Assembly: GCA_038040455.1 (NCBI GenBank) | Contig: JBBPIH010000008.1 | Location: 88,006 to 152,005 of the forward strand | DNA length: 64,000 nt | Origin: Acidobacteriota bacterium | GTDB lineage: Bacteria > Acidobacteriota > Blastocatellia > UBA7656 | Reading direction: 5' to 3' | Shown: positions 1 through 8,950 of the stretch, in pieces | Layout: every line of letters begins with the position of its first letter | How positions within the stretch are numbered: position 1 is the first letter of the stretch | Translations under genes and position numbers: made by a program | Notes under the pieces: generated by a model | Told to the model about the DNA's origin: nothing | Seen by the model: only the letters and a program-made list of their open reading frames with translations | Databases searched by the model: none

Positions 1-331
1 CATCAAGCACGGCGCCGAAGACTATGCTGACGGTGTGACCACGAGGATCGCGGCCCGGGTCTCCGAACGCCCCGATCTGCTCAAGGTTAAGTTCGCTGAG
101 TCCCGTCTCTTCGAGAAGCTCGCGCGCGGCTGCGTCCTCGAGCGACTCGTCTTTGTCGACAAAGCCACCTGGGAAAGCCCACCGCCCTTTGAACGGCTCT
201 CGAGCCCGCTTGATCAGAAGCACGTCGACGCCACTTCCGGAGCGGCAAAACAGCACAATGTCTACAGTGACCGCGGGACGAGGATACTCATAGCGGTGGA
301 TCTTCGGCGGGTTGGATTTGACACTTGCCAT
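1..331 (-). CDS. NUDIX hydrolase (probable ADP-ribose pyrophosphatase); partial, continues past window start
   Basis: My own minus-strand translation from ATG (331..329) gives MASVKSNPPKIHRYEYPRPAVTVDIVLF...GRWAFPGGFVDKDESLEDAAARELLEETGL, which is a canonical Nudix box (GX5EX7REUXEEXGU). An AAGGAG RBS lies about 8 nt upstream. It is absent from the ORF track because there is no stop inside the window. It starts 13 nt after the macro-domain stop. Confidence 0.75.
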   Translation of the reverse strand, partial: MASVKSNPPKIHRYEYPRPAVTVDIVLFCRSGSGVDVLLIKRAREPFKGRWAFPGGFVDKDESLEDAAARELLEETGLSELNLEQIGAFGDPGRDPRGHTVSIVFGAVLD

Positions 332-344
332 CGTTCTCCTTGAG

Positions 345-917
345 TCAGCTTCTCTGGATCCGTTCCAACTCTCGCTCGAAGATTTGCAAGTCGCTCGACG
401 TGAACAGCACAAACACCACTCGCTCAATTTTAGATTGCGGATGCTGACCAGCGTAGTCAGTTGCCGCCTTCATCATCACTTGCGCGCATTCATCTACTGG
501 AAAGCCGCCGACTCCGGTGGCTAGCGCAGGAAACGCGATCGACGTGCAAGCAGCCTTCTCGGCGATAACGAGCGAGTTAATTGTAGCGTTGTGGATGATT
601 TCCTCACTTGAAAGCGACCCCGCGCGCTTGGGCGCAGCGCGATCTTCCTCGCGGTAGCCCATGGCTGCGGCATGGATGACTACCTTGTTTGGAAGACTAC
701 CGGCGGTTGTTGTGACCGCTTCGCCTAAGCGAATGGGACCTTGAGCGACGGCTTCGAGCTCGATCTGCGGTCCCCCGCGAGCGCTGATCGCTCCCGCAAC
801 CCCTGACCCAAGCCATAGCTCGGTGTTGGCTGCGTTGACGATCGCGTCAATGTCGGGTTGATTCGTGATATCGCCTTTTCGAGACTCAATCTTCATACCG
901 CGAACTTGACCGCCCAC
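345..917 (-). CDS. Macro domain protein (ADP-ribose binding / O-acetyl-ADP-ribose deacetylase family)
   Basis: 190 aa. GDITNQPDIDAIVNAANTELWLGSGVAGAI plus the downstream Gly-rich loop TGVGGFP are typical macro-domain motifs. It is immediately upstream of the NUDIX gene on the same strand. Confidence 0.85.
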   Translation of the reverse strand: MGGQVRGMKIESRKGDITNQPDIDAIVNAANTELWLGSGVAGAISARGGPQIELEAVAQGPIRLGEAVTTTAGSLPNKVVIHAAAMGYREEDRAAPKRAGSLSSEEIIHNATINSLVIAEKAACTSIAFPALATGVGGFPVDECAQVMMKAATDYAGQHPQSKIERVVFVLFTSSDLQIFERELERIQRS

Positions 918-960
918 CTGATTCTTTGACCGGTGACTCGGTCACGTCAAGGCCTGGCAA

Positions 961-992
961 TGCAAAAAGGCGGACCCTTCTGCGGGTCCGCC
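961..992 (-). terminator. Rho-independent terminator-like hairpin downstream of the OmpA-like gene
   Basis: GGCGGACCC-ttctgc-GGGTCCGCC perfect 9-bp stem followed by a T-run on the minus strand (aaaaa on the plus strand at 964-968), located 60 nt after the OmpA-like stop. Confidence 0.55.
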
Positions 993-1053
993 TTTGCTTC
1001 GGGGGCTTGATCGAAGGCTGCTGTTCCAGCGATTCGATCGCTAAGAGAGAGGG

Positions 1054-1824
1054 CTAGCGTTGCGTTGCTGATTTTGTCTGCGCCGTCGCGGCGCCGCCGA
1101 TGTTGCGAGTCAGCAAGCGAATCTCGACTCGGCGATTCTCTGCACGGCCTTCGCGAGTCTTGTTGTCAGCCACGGGGCGGATCTCGCCAAAACCCAGCAT
1201 GTGCATTCTGAACAGTGCGATATTGTGCAGCTCGGCCAGATAGCGGCGAACGGCTTCAGCGCGCTTCTGCGTTAACTGATTGTTGTACGCGTCCTTGCCA
1301 ATCCAATCGGCAAACCCCTGGATCTCCAAAATGAAGTTCTCCCGGTCTCTGATCTGCGTTGCCAGCTGATCCAGCGCTTCCTTAGCTTCAGGTGTCAGCT
1401 CGTAGCTGTCGAACTTAAAGCGAACCGAGGCGGTGTTCTGAAGCGTGTAGTTATCCAGGTTTGTGCGCAGGTCACTCACGGATTGCTCGGCTCCGTTCAC
1501 GCGGGTGTTCGCGTCATCGGCACGGCTTAGCGCGATGTCCGCTTGCGCCTGCGCGCGATCTGCCCGGCCCCGCACGTCGGTTACGTCAGTCGAGAGCCGC
1601 CCAATGTCCTGGTTGTTGCGCCGCGAAGTCTCTTCCAACTCGCCGGTGCGCTGCTCAAGTGGGGTCACTCGCTCGCTCACGCGGTTGCGCACGTACTTTT
1701 TGGTCGCACATCCTACAGAGCCAAATATCACAACGGCGATCAACCCTATTAAGATCGTGAGCCTGCTTTTCATGTTCTGTCTCCTACTCATACTAGAATC
1801 ATAAAAAGGCGATGCAGTCCGCAT
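1054..1824 (-). CDS. OmpA/MotB-family protein with coiled-coil region (probable lipoprotein)
   Basis: C-terminal OmpA-like domain: FKFDSYELTPEAK...NRRVEIRLL. Central Ala/Gln/Arg-rich coiled coil. The likely true start is MKSRLTILIGLIAVVIFGSVGCA (lipobox-like) near position 1773. Confidence 0.85.
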   Translation of the reverse strand: MRTASPFYDSSMSRRQNMKSRLTILIGLIAVVIFGSVGCATKKYVRNRVSERVTPLEQRTGELEETSRRNNQDIGRLSTDVTDVRGRADRAQAQADIALSRADDANTRVNGAEQSVSDLRTNLDNYTLQNTASVRFKFDSYELTPEAKEALDQLATQIRDRENFILEIQGFADWIGKDAYNNQLTQKRAEAVRRYLAELHNIALFRMHMLGFGEIRPVADNKTREGRAENRRVEIRLLTRNIGGAATAQTKSATQR

Positions 1825-2159
1825 CGCCTATTGTGGTTACCGTCCTCACCACGATAACCTCATATAAGAGACCGGAAGTGACTTATCATCACCCGTATCT
1901 CTGCCCCGTGGTCGATTTTGCAATTTTTATGCCGCATTGGGGTTCACCCACGCAGTAAGAACCACCAGCAAAATGGGGCAAAATCGAGCGTGCCGAGCAT
2001 CGGAGCCGGCAAACAAACGTAAAGATTACAGCAACGCCGTGTAAGAATTTCCGACGTTTTTTTCGAGACCCCTCGAGACCAGGGCTTCACATACTCGCGG
2101 ACGGCTTGTCTTTTGCGCTCAGCGATGACAACAATTCATAAATCGAATTAGAAAGTGAG

Positions 2160-2639
2160 TTGAGAGAAATGGACATTTCAACTTTTGGAGCGGGCTGCTT
2201 CTGGGGAGTCGAGGCGGCGTTTCGCGAACTCGAAGGCGTTGCATCGACGCGAGTCGGTTATATCGGTGGAGGGTTCGATAACCCGACCTACACAGATGTG
2301 TGCTCAGGCAGAACCGGGCACGCAGAGGGCGTCGAAGTGACCTACGACCCGGCCCAGGTCTCATATGATCAATTACTCAGTGTGTTCTGGGAGGTTCACG
2401 ATCCTACAACCCTCAATCGACAAGGCCCTGACGTCGGCGCGCAGTACCGCTCGGTGATCTTTTTTCACAACTCGGAACAGGAGGCCGCTGCGCGAGCCTC
2501 AAAAGACAATCTTGAACGGTCAGGTAAACACTCCCGAGAGATAGTCACCGAAATCACGCAGGCCTCCAGGTTCTGGGAGGCTGAGGATTACCACCAACAA
2601 TACTTCGAGAAACGCGGAATGACTCACTGCCGCGTATGA
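2160..2639 (+). CDS. msrA: Peptide methionine sulfoxide reductase MsrA
   Basis: FGAGCFWGVEAAF active-site motif with a GCFW catalytic Cys; 159 aa is the typical length. Confidence 0.9.
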   Translation: MREMDISTFGAGCFWGVEAAFRELEGVASTRVGYIGGGFDNPTYTDVCSGRTGHAEGVEVTYDPAQVSYDQLLSVFWEVHDPTTLNRQGPDVGAQYRSVIFFHNSEQEAAARASKDNLERSGKHSREIVTEITQASRFWEAEDYHQQYFEKRGMTHCRV

Positions 2640-2657
2640 GTAACAACAGAATCTGTC

Positions 2658-4156
2658 CTAGCGATTCGACTCGGACAGCACCGCGCGGCCCATTTCTGAG
2701 ACTGTCTTAATGAGCAGGTCGAAATCCTCTCTCTTACTCCGGTGATTGGTAATGGCGATGCGTAGCGCGAATGCGTCACCGATCTTCGTGCTCGACGGCA
2801 CTGCCAATCCGCTCTCTTGTATCCTCAGAAGAATCTCTTTATTCACCCGATTGAGCGCCTCGCGTGGCGCGTCCTTTGGAGCGAATCGAAGACACACGAT
2901 GTTGAGCGGCACGGGCGCAACCAGCTCAAGATCGGGATGCGCCTCGATAAGGTCTTCGCAGTAGCGCGCCTGACGGACGTTTTGTTCGATGAGACGTGAG
3001 AACGCGTTGATCCCATGCGTTTTGAGCGACATCCACACCTTGAGCGCCCGAAAACTGCGAGTGAGTTCGAGCCCGCGCTCGGCGAATGGCAGCCCGCCTG
3101 CTATGACGCCTCTGGAGGCCTCGGCGAGGTAGCTCGGCGTGAGCGTAAATGCGTCGCGATGCGCCTTCTCATCACGAACCAGCACGCAAGCAACTTCAAA
3201 CGGAAGGTACATCCACTTATGAAGATCAAACGCGATTGAGTCAGCTTGCTCTATGCCGCCCACAAGCGATGCGAGCGAGGGCACTATCTTCGCGAGCGCG
3301 CCGAACGCTCCGTCGACGTGAAACCAGATGTCTTCCTCACGGCAGATCCCTGCGAGCCCGCCGAGGTCATCAATCGCTCCGGTATTAACAGTACCGGCGT
3401 TCCCAATGACGCTGAACGGTCTGTGTCCCGCTTGTCTGTCTTCATCAATAGCTCGTCGAAGCTCTGACAGGTCCACTCGAAAGTTGTCGTCGACGGCGAC
3501 GCGGCGAAACGCGCGCAGTTACCAAGCCCCATCAGTTCGGCAGCTTTCTGGGCCCAGCCGTGTGTTTCAGTCGAGCCATACAGCATCAACTTCGGGTGGT
3601 CGCCGCCCTGAAGTCCGTGCTCTCGCACATCGAAGCCTGCCTTTGCGTGGCGGGCAACAACTAAGCCGGTGACATTCGCCATTGTGCCGCCGCCTGTCAA
3701 GATCCCGCTCGTTTCCACAGGCATCCCCATCAACTCCGTCAGCCAGGCGAGCACTTGATTCTCTACCAGCACTGGAGCTTGATCGAAACCCGCCATATGA
3801 GGGTTCATGCCCGACGCAAGCATATCGGCAAGCATTCCCAACGGGGTCCCATTGCCCTGCACCCATCCCCAGAACCTCGGATGACGATTGCCATTCGTAT
3901 AAGGGAGTACGTTCTGAACGAACTCTTGATACACAGCAGCGGCGTCTTGGGGTTCTATTGGCAGCGGCCGTTTGAGGTTGTGTTCCACACTTTCGGGGAC
4001 AGCTTGCCACACCGGCTTTTCACGCAACGCCGAGAGGTAATCCAACATCTCGTCGAGCATGCGGTGGCCAAGCGAGCGAATCTCGTCCCAGTCGTGCGGG
4101 TCGAGAGTCTCCTCACGGGCTGTGTTGTTATCTATCTCTGCCGTATCACGCTCCAA
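2658..4156 (-). pseudogene. Pyridoxal-phosphate-dependent group II decarboxylase (DDC/GAD/HDC family), split by a frameshift near 3476-3530
   Basis: The N-terminal half (ORF 3284..4156) reads HPRFWGW...LTGGGTMANV...MLYGSTETHGWAQKAAELMGLG and then runs into nonsense. The C-terminal half (ORF 2658..3476) carries the PLP-lysine motif DSIAFDLHKWMYLPFE. My re-translation across the junction shows ...GLG then tgg-TAA in one frame and AFRRVAVDDNFRVDLSEL in the other. This is either a true indel or a sequencing error. Confidence 0.7.
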
Positions 4157-4363
4157 TTCCAGCCTCCTTAGCTAATGCACTGCGCGTTCAAGCGATGATC
4201 GAATCGATATTAAACTCAAAGCCGAGCAGAATCTATCCGCAGCTTGCGTATGTACGCTCTTCGTTGTTTCGGAGAATATTGCTGACCTCAAGCGATGTCT
4301 CCCATGGTAAACTGTCAGCTCTCTCACACTGCACATCGAGAGAAAGAGTAGACTTTAACCGTT

Positions 4364-5548
4364 TTGCCGGCGGCGACGAGCTCGGTCTCAATCTCGAAAT
4401 CAAAGCTGGCTTTCCGCCTGATCGTCCTGTGGAAGCTGATGAACAAATACAGATTCGCCGAGCGCAAAGAAGCCATACGGCGCGGGTTGAACTCTATTTA
4501 TCGTACTGCCTGCGATCCTGATAACTTTGAGGAGTATGGGTACGATTACCTGTGTTGTTTTCTTACCATCGCTGAGACATCACTCGATCCGAAACTGCGG
4601 CAGAAATCGAGAAGAATGGGCCGGGAGCGCGCACTGGAATGGCTTCGTCAGAATGCGAAGCTGCCTCGCCGCACAGATATGATGACCCTTCTGACGCTTC
4701 TTATGGGGAGCGGCGCGGCGGAACGTCTCGGCGTGCGGGATGAGTGGCTCAGGGAGCAGATCTGCAAGAGGGTGCGCAGATTGACCGCGCGCGACTGTTA
4801 CGAGTTTGATCCGGTTATTGAGGCTCCTCCTGACGATATTCCCGAAGCGTGCGATTGCGGAGCGGGCAACGAGCGCGGACGTACTCGCTGCCGCAAGTGC
4901 CGACGCAAGCTCGCGATGACGGGACGGTACGGCGCGTGGCTCGATGCCGTCATCTGGAGCTACACGGGCGAACGCTACGGTGCGAAGGTCGGCAGTCGAT
5001 ATTGGGACGCTATCAAATGGCTGCCGGCGATGCGCCCGTATCGAGGCCGCGAGGATGGAGCGAACCCTGACTTCTACAACACGGTTTACGCGATAACGCA
5101 CGTCGTCTACACGCTGAACGACTACAACGCCTACACTCTCTCGCCGAAATGGCTGCCTGAGGAATTCCGGTTCTTGAAGAACAATCTTAAAGAAGCGATC
5201 GCCGAAGATGATCCGGATATGATGGGAGAATTTCTGGACACGCTCAGGGCCTTCGGGCTGAAGGACAGCCATCCAGTCATAAGGAAAGGAATGGACTATC
5301 TGCTTTCGCACCAGAATTCCGATGGGAGTTGGGGCGACGTCAACGCCGAAAACATTTACCTCCGACACCACCCAACGTGGACCGCGATCGATGGCTTGCG
5401 AGCTTACCGGTGGCAAGGTCCGAGACTTGGCTTCCCGGAGCTGGAGCCGCTGCTCAAGACGTGGGCAGCTAAGGAGGGGGAACGCGTGGTTAACAGGCTG
5501 AAGCCATTGCCCTCCGCAGCACTGCCCCACGGACTATTCAAAAGGTAG
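4364..5548 (+). CDS. Hypothetical protein with Cys-rich CxC...CxxC segment and a C-terminal terpene-cyclase/prenyltransferase-like repeat motif
   Basis: CDCGAGNERGRTRCRKCRRK may be a zinc ribbon. DYLLSHQNSDGSWGD resembles the alpha-alpha toroid repeat of squalene cyclases and prenyltransferases. The true start is uncertain (MNKYRF near 4442 is plausible). Confidence 0.4.
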   Translation: MPAATSSVSISKSKLAFRLIVLWKLMNKYRFAERKEAIRRGLNSIYRTACDPDNFEEYGYDYLCCFLTIAETSLDPKLRQKSRRMGRERALEWLRQNAKLPRRTDMMTLLTLLMGSGAAERLGVRDEWLREQICKRVRRLTARDCYEFDPVIEAPPDDIPEACDCGAGNERGRTRCRKCRRKLAMTGRYGAWLDAVIWSYTGERYGAKVGSRYWDAIKWLPAMRPYRGREDGANPDFYNTVYAITHVVYTLNDYNAYTLSPKWLPEEFRFLKNNLKEAIAEDDPDMMGEFLDTLRAFGLKDSHPVIRKGMDYLLSHQNSDGSWGDVNAENIYLRHHPTWTAIDGLRAYRWQGPRLGFPELEPLLKTWAAKEGERVVNRLKPLPSAALPHGLFKR

Positions 5549-5874
5549 GCATGAGTGGAAGAGAACTACCCGTACTCGGGCTTCGTTTCGCAGATATCCG
5601 ACGTGGAGCGATGTGTTGATTCCCGAGAACGCGGCTCTCGGATTGGAGTGACTACAGCCTGACCAGCGACTTCTCAAAATCCTTCACCGTCGGCGGCCGC
5701 TTGCCCCTCCCTGGTGCGATCGAGTGTCCCTCGTCTTTCAGGCGATGGGATTGCGCCTTCATTTGAATGATCTTGCCTTTCGAGCTTCTCCCGCCAGGAT
5801 GTGCGCGACGCGAATTTTTGGGGCATCCTCTCACCTCGCTGAGATTAGTTACGTTAGTAGTAACTTAATGGAAA

Positions 5875-5970
5875 AACCTGTACGGGCGTCCCGCTGTGGG
5901 CGCCCCTTGATCGTCGGTCGCTCTGTTCGCGGAGGAGGGGCCCCCACCGAGGGACGCCCGTACAGGTTCA
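5875..5970. repeat. Palindromic repeat family C (CTGTACGGGCGNCCC...GGGNCGCCCGTACAG long hairpin)
   Basis: cctgtacgggcgtccc...gggacgcccgtacagg inverted arms of about 16 bp around a roughly 60-nt centre. A second family member lies at 16180-16275. Confidence 0.45.
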
Positions 5971-5989
5971 TCATTCATCTTCGTCAAGA

Positions 5990-6808
5990 CTATGGCGAAC
6001 CACGCCGTTTATTCTCGATCTCGCGCGCCTGTTCCAGCCATTTCAGAAGCTCATCAATGGCTTCCATCTCGTTGTCCTCGTCCGCCAACTCCTTGTACCT
6101 GTGCAGAGCGGCGCAGGCGCCGTCCAAATCGTCCACCTTGTAATAGACCAGCGCAAGGTTGTAATGAAGCGGCGAGAAAGAAGGCTCGAGTTCCGCGGCG
6201 CTCTCGTAGTGCAACTTCGCAAGCTGCAAATCACCGGCATCGAAATAGAGGTTGGCAAGATTGTAGTGAGCTTCGACGTGACGCGGTTCGTTCTTCAGCG
6301 CGAGGGTGAAGCAGTCGAGCGCCTTCGGCATCCTGCCTCGCTCCAACTCGATGATGCCCAGGTTGCAATAAGCATCAGCCAGGTTGTCCCCCTCGGTGAT
6401 CGCTTCCCTGTATAACTGAGCAGCCTTCGCGTCGCCGCGCTCGTGCAGCAAGAGCGCTTCTTCAAACGGGCTGAGCAGACGCGCGATCTTAGCCTGAACC
6501 GATTTGAACAGGTTCATCTGACCCTGCAGTTCTGCCTCGACCTGCTTCAGAGTCAGTCCCTGCCCGCGGAGCTCGCGGACGCGACGGAACTGGGTCAGCG
6601 CGCCGAAGTCGTAAAGCGGTTCGCCGGCCTCCGAAGACAGCGCGGCATTCACCACGCCCCCTTCGGTCCAGCGGCGAATCACACGTTCGCTGAGACCAAA
6701 CAACTGTTTGATCTCGCGAACGGTGTAGGTCGACTTGACCCGTTGGTAATCTGCTTTCGACGGCGCCGGGGCGGGGAACCGGAGAATCTTGCTATCCTTC
6801 TTGGACAT
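5990..6808 (-). CDS. MerR-family HTH regulator fused to TPR repeats
   Basis: N-terminal YTVREIKQLFGLSERVIRRWTEGGVV is a MerR-type HTH. The C-terminal half has repeated AxxYxNLGxxxxxxGxxxxA TPR-like units (AYCNLGIIELERG, AHYNLANLYFDAG, LHYNLALVYYKVD). Confidence 0.7.
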   Translation of the reverse strand: MSKKDSKILRFPAPAPSKADYQRVKSTYTVREIKQLFGLSERVIRRWTEGGVVNAALSSEAGEPLYDFGALTQFRRVRELRGQGLTLKQVEAELQGQMNLFKSVQAKIARLLSPFEEALLLHERGDAKAAQLYREAITEGDNLADAYCNLGIIELERGRMPKALDCFTLALKNEPRHVEAHYNLANLYFDAGDLQLAKLHYESAAELEPSFSPLHYNLALVYYKVDDLDGACAALHRYKELADEDNEMEAIDELLKWLEQAREIENKRRGSP

Positions 6809-6823
6809 CTGATGAAGCTAGGC

Positions 6824-7684
6824 CTATGAAGCCTTGCTCTTGCGAGCCTTCTTCGGCTTTGCTTCCTCCGCTTCTTCCTGCTTCTTGGCTTTGCCGGTGG
6901 CCTTCACCATCGGCTTGCGCTGGGCTTGTTTGATGCTCTCTTTGAGCGCGGTCATTATGTCGACCGTGGGTTGTTCTTCCTCGACGAAGCCGGCGACCTC
7001 CTTACCCTCGATCTTGGCTTCGATTATGTCCTTGAGAGCTTCGCTGTAGCGGTCTCGCATTTCGATTTCGCCAATCGAAGTCACCATCTGCTCGACCAGT
7101 GTGTGCGCGAGCTTTAGCTCGTTCTTGTCGATCTCCGGGTTATCAAGCTGTGGGACCTCGCTCATCTTTCTCACTTCCTTCGGGTAGCGCAGCTTGTAAA
7201 GTACGAGCCCTTCGTCCTGCGGTGCTATGGCCACGAAATCTTCACGATCTCGGAGCACAACTTTTCCGAGGCCAACCTTCCCGGTGTCCTTCAAGACTTC
7301 GCGCAGGAGCGCGTAGGTCTTCGCGCCCACTTCACCGTCGGGACCGGCGAAGTAGGGTGAGTCGTAAAGCATCGGCGGAATCTCGGACCGGTCGACGAAG
7401 CCTACTATGTCGATGACCTTAGTCGTTTTCAGCTTGACCTTGGCGATGTCGTCGGGTTCGATGATCGCGTACTGGTCCTTCGAGTATTGGTAGCCCTTGA
7501 TGATGTCATCTTTCGATACGATCTTGTTGCACTTCTTGCATCGCTTGTCGTAAGCGATCGGACCAAAGTCGTCCTTGTGCAACTGGTTCAGGTGGATTTG
7601 TTCCGACGTTTCGATCGCGTTGTAAACGCGAACAGGGATGGCGACTAACAGAAACCGGATGTGACCTTTCCAGATTGAGCGCAT
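6824..7684 (-). CDS. ku: Non-homologous end joining protein Ku
   Basis: MRSIWKGHIRFLLVAIPVRVYNA is the canonical bacterial Ku N-terminus. Length 286 aa with a Lys-rich C-terminal tail. Confidence 0.9.
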   Translation of the reverse strand: MRSIWKGHIRFLLVAIPVRVYNAIETSEQIHLNQLHKDDFGPIAYDKRCKKCNKIVSKDDIIKGYQYSKDQYAIIEPDDIAKVKLKTTKVIDIVGFVDRSEIPPMLYDSPYFAGPDGEVGAKTYALLREVLKDTGKVGLGKVVLRDREDFVAIAPQDEGLVLYKLRYPKEVRKMSEVPQLDNPEIDKNELKLAHTLVEQMVTSIGEIEMRDRYSEALKDIIEAKIEGKEVAGFVEEEQPTVDIMTALKESIKQAQRKPMVKATGKAKKQEEAEEAKPKKARKSKAS

Positions 7685-7885
7685 TTCATATCTCCTTCGG
7701 GGCTTTGCGGATTATACAACAGGCCGCGTGATGAGCGTCAAGAAATGCGCCCGGACTCGGACAAAGCATTAATAGACTGCGAACTCGTATGCCGCTCTTC
7801 AGCAGATGTTGCTCCTAGCGCGTTCCTCAAGGTTGCCGCAAAGCGCGAACCCCGGGGATCGAGGCGCAGCGCTTTACGCCTCAGA

Positions 7886-8950
7886 CTACCGAGCCATCAC
7901 ATAGAGCGCGAAGGTGGTAGCGATCAACGGGTCGTCCTCTTTGACAAGGTTCACCGTGTTTCTGAAGCTGCCGTCGGCAGACTGCGGAGGGAGCTCGACT
8001 GGCAAATTCGGCAAGACTCGGGAGATCGCGTGTGCGTAGTAAAACCGCAGTCCTGATCCCCAGGGCTGGCCAGTTCCCTCGTCGAATCCTGGCGCGCGGT
8101 CAGGCTGGTGATGATCCTTGAGCCAGCCAATCGCTTTCGTGATGCGCGGGTCCTCGTCGGGAACGCCTGCAGCCCGCAAAGCTAAAACACCATCCGCTGT
8201 CGCGGTGCCATAGCTCGCGAAACGCCCCGCGCTCTCGCCGGCTTTGTTGATTTCGGGATTGACTGGAGAGAAGTAGAATCCTCCATCGGTATTCTGTGAG
8301 CGCTGCAGATAAATCAGCGCTCGGGTCATCATTGGATCGGAAGCCGGGACGCCTGAAAGCTGCATCGCCTCGAGCACGTGACGAGTCATAGACAGGTCCA
8401 CGTGCCCGGTTTCAGGGGGACGATGAATCGCGCCGCCCATTCCCCACCCGCCATAAGGAGCGTGCTGTGAAGTCCAGCCGTTGGCTTCGCTGAACTGCTG
8501 CGCGCGGAGCTGCGCGACCATCGGCTCGATGATTTTTTCGTACCCGGGATTTTGGGCCTTGACCATCGCGCACACGGCAAGAGCAGTAGCGTAGTTCGGA
8601 TAGTCCGCGGCTGTCTCGTCCATCACGCCCAGAGCGCCGTCGGCATTCGTGTTGGCCTTGATGAATGAGAGTGCGCGTTCGACTGCTCCGCGCGGGCGTG
8701 AAGTTTCGTTGTCCGGCACACCGAGCAAGGCGACGAGGACAAACGGGGTCAACGATTGTCCGGAGCGCAGGAGGCCGTACGTCGTGCTGTGAAACCCGCC
8801 GTCCTCGGCCTGTTGCGACCACAGGTATCGCGCCGCGTTCCTGAGCGGCGAGCTACCGCGCAGACGGGCGCAACCGGTCGCAAGCGCGGCGCCGGTGGCT
8901 CCGGCCGCGGCCACTGCGTTCAGCAGGAATGTGCGCCGGTCAATCAACAC
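7886..8950 (-). CDS. TAT-secreted prenyltransferase/squalene-oxidase-repeat (terpene cyclase-like) protein
   Basis: Twin-arginine motif DRRTFLLNAVAAAGA at the N-terminus. Repeated aromatic/Gly-rich alpha-toroid-like units (DGGFHSTTYGLL, DGALGV, TDGGFYFS). Confidence 0.6.
   Translation of the reverse strand: MLIDRRTFLLNAVAAAGATGAALATGCARLRGSSPLRNAARYLWSQQAEDGGFHSTTYGLLRSGQSLTPFVLVALLGVPDNETSRPRGAVERALSFIKANTNADGALGVMDETAADYPNYATALAVCAMVKAQNPGYEKIIEPMVAQLRAQQFSEANGWTSQHAPYGGWGMGGAIHRPPETGHVDLSMTRHVLEAMQLSGVPASDPMMTRALIYLQRSQNTDGGFYFSPVNPEINKAGESAGRFASYGTATADGVLALRAAGVPDEDPRITKAIGWLKDHHQPDRAPGFDEGTGQPWGSGLRFYYAHAISRVLPNLPVELPPQSADGSFRNTVNLVKEDDPLIATTFALYVMAR

Noticed and set aside
1800-1836. 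Hairpin GGCGATGC-agtcc-GCATCGCC followed by a T-run on the minus strand, just upstream of the OmpA-like start
   Set aside because: It has terminator-like structure, but there is no upstream minus-strand gene for it to terminate within a reasonable distance. It may be a regulatory hairpin or a bidirectional element. It is not called as a terminator.
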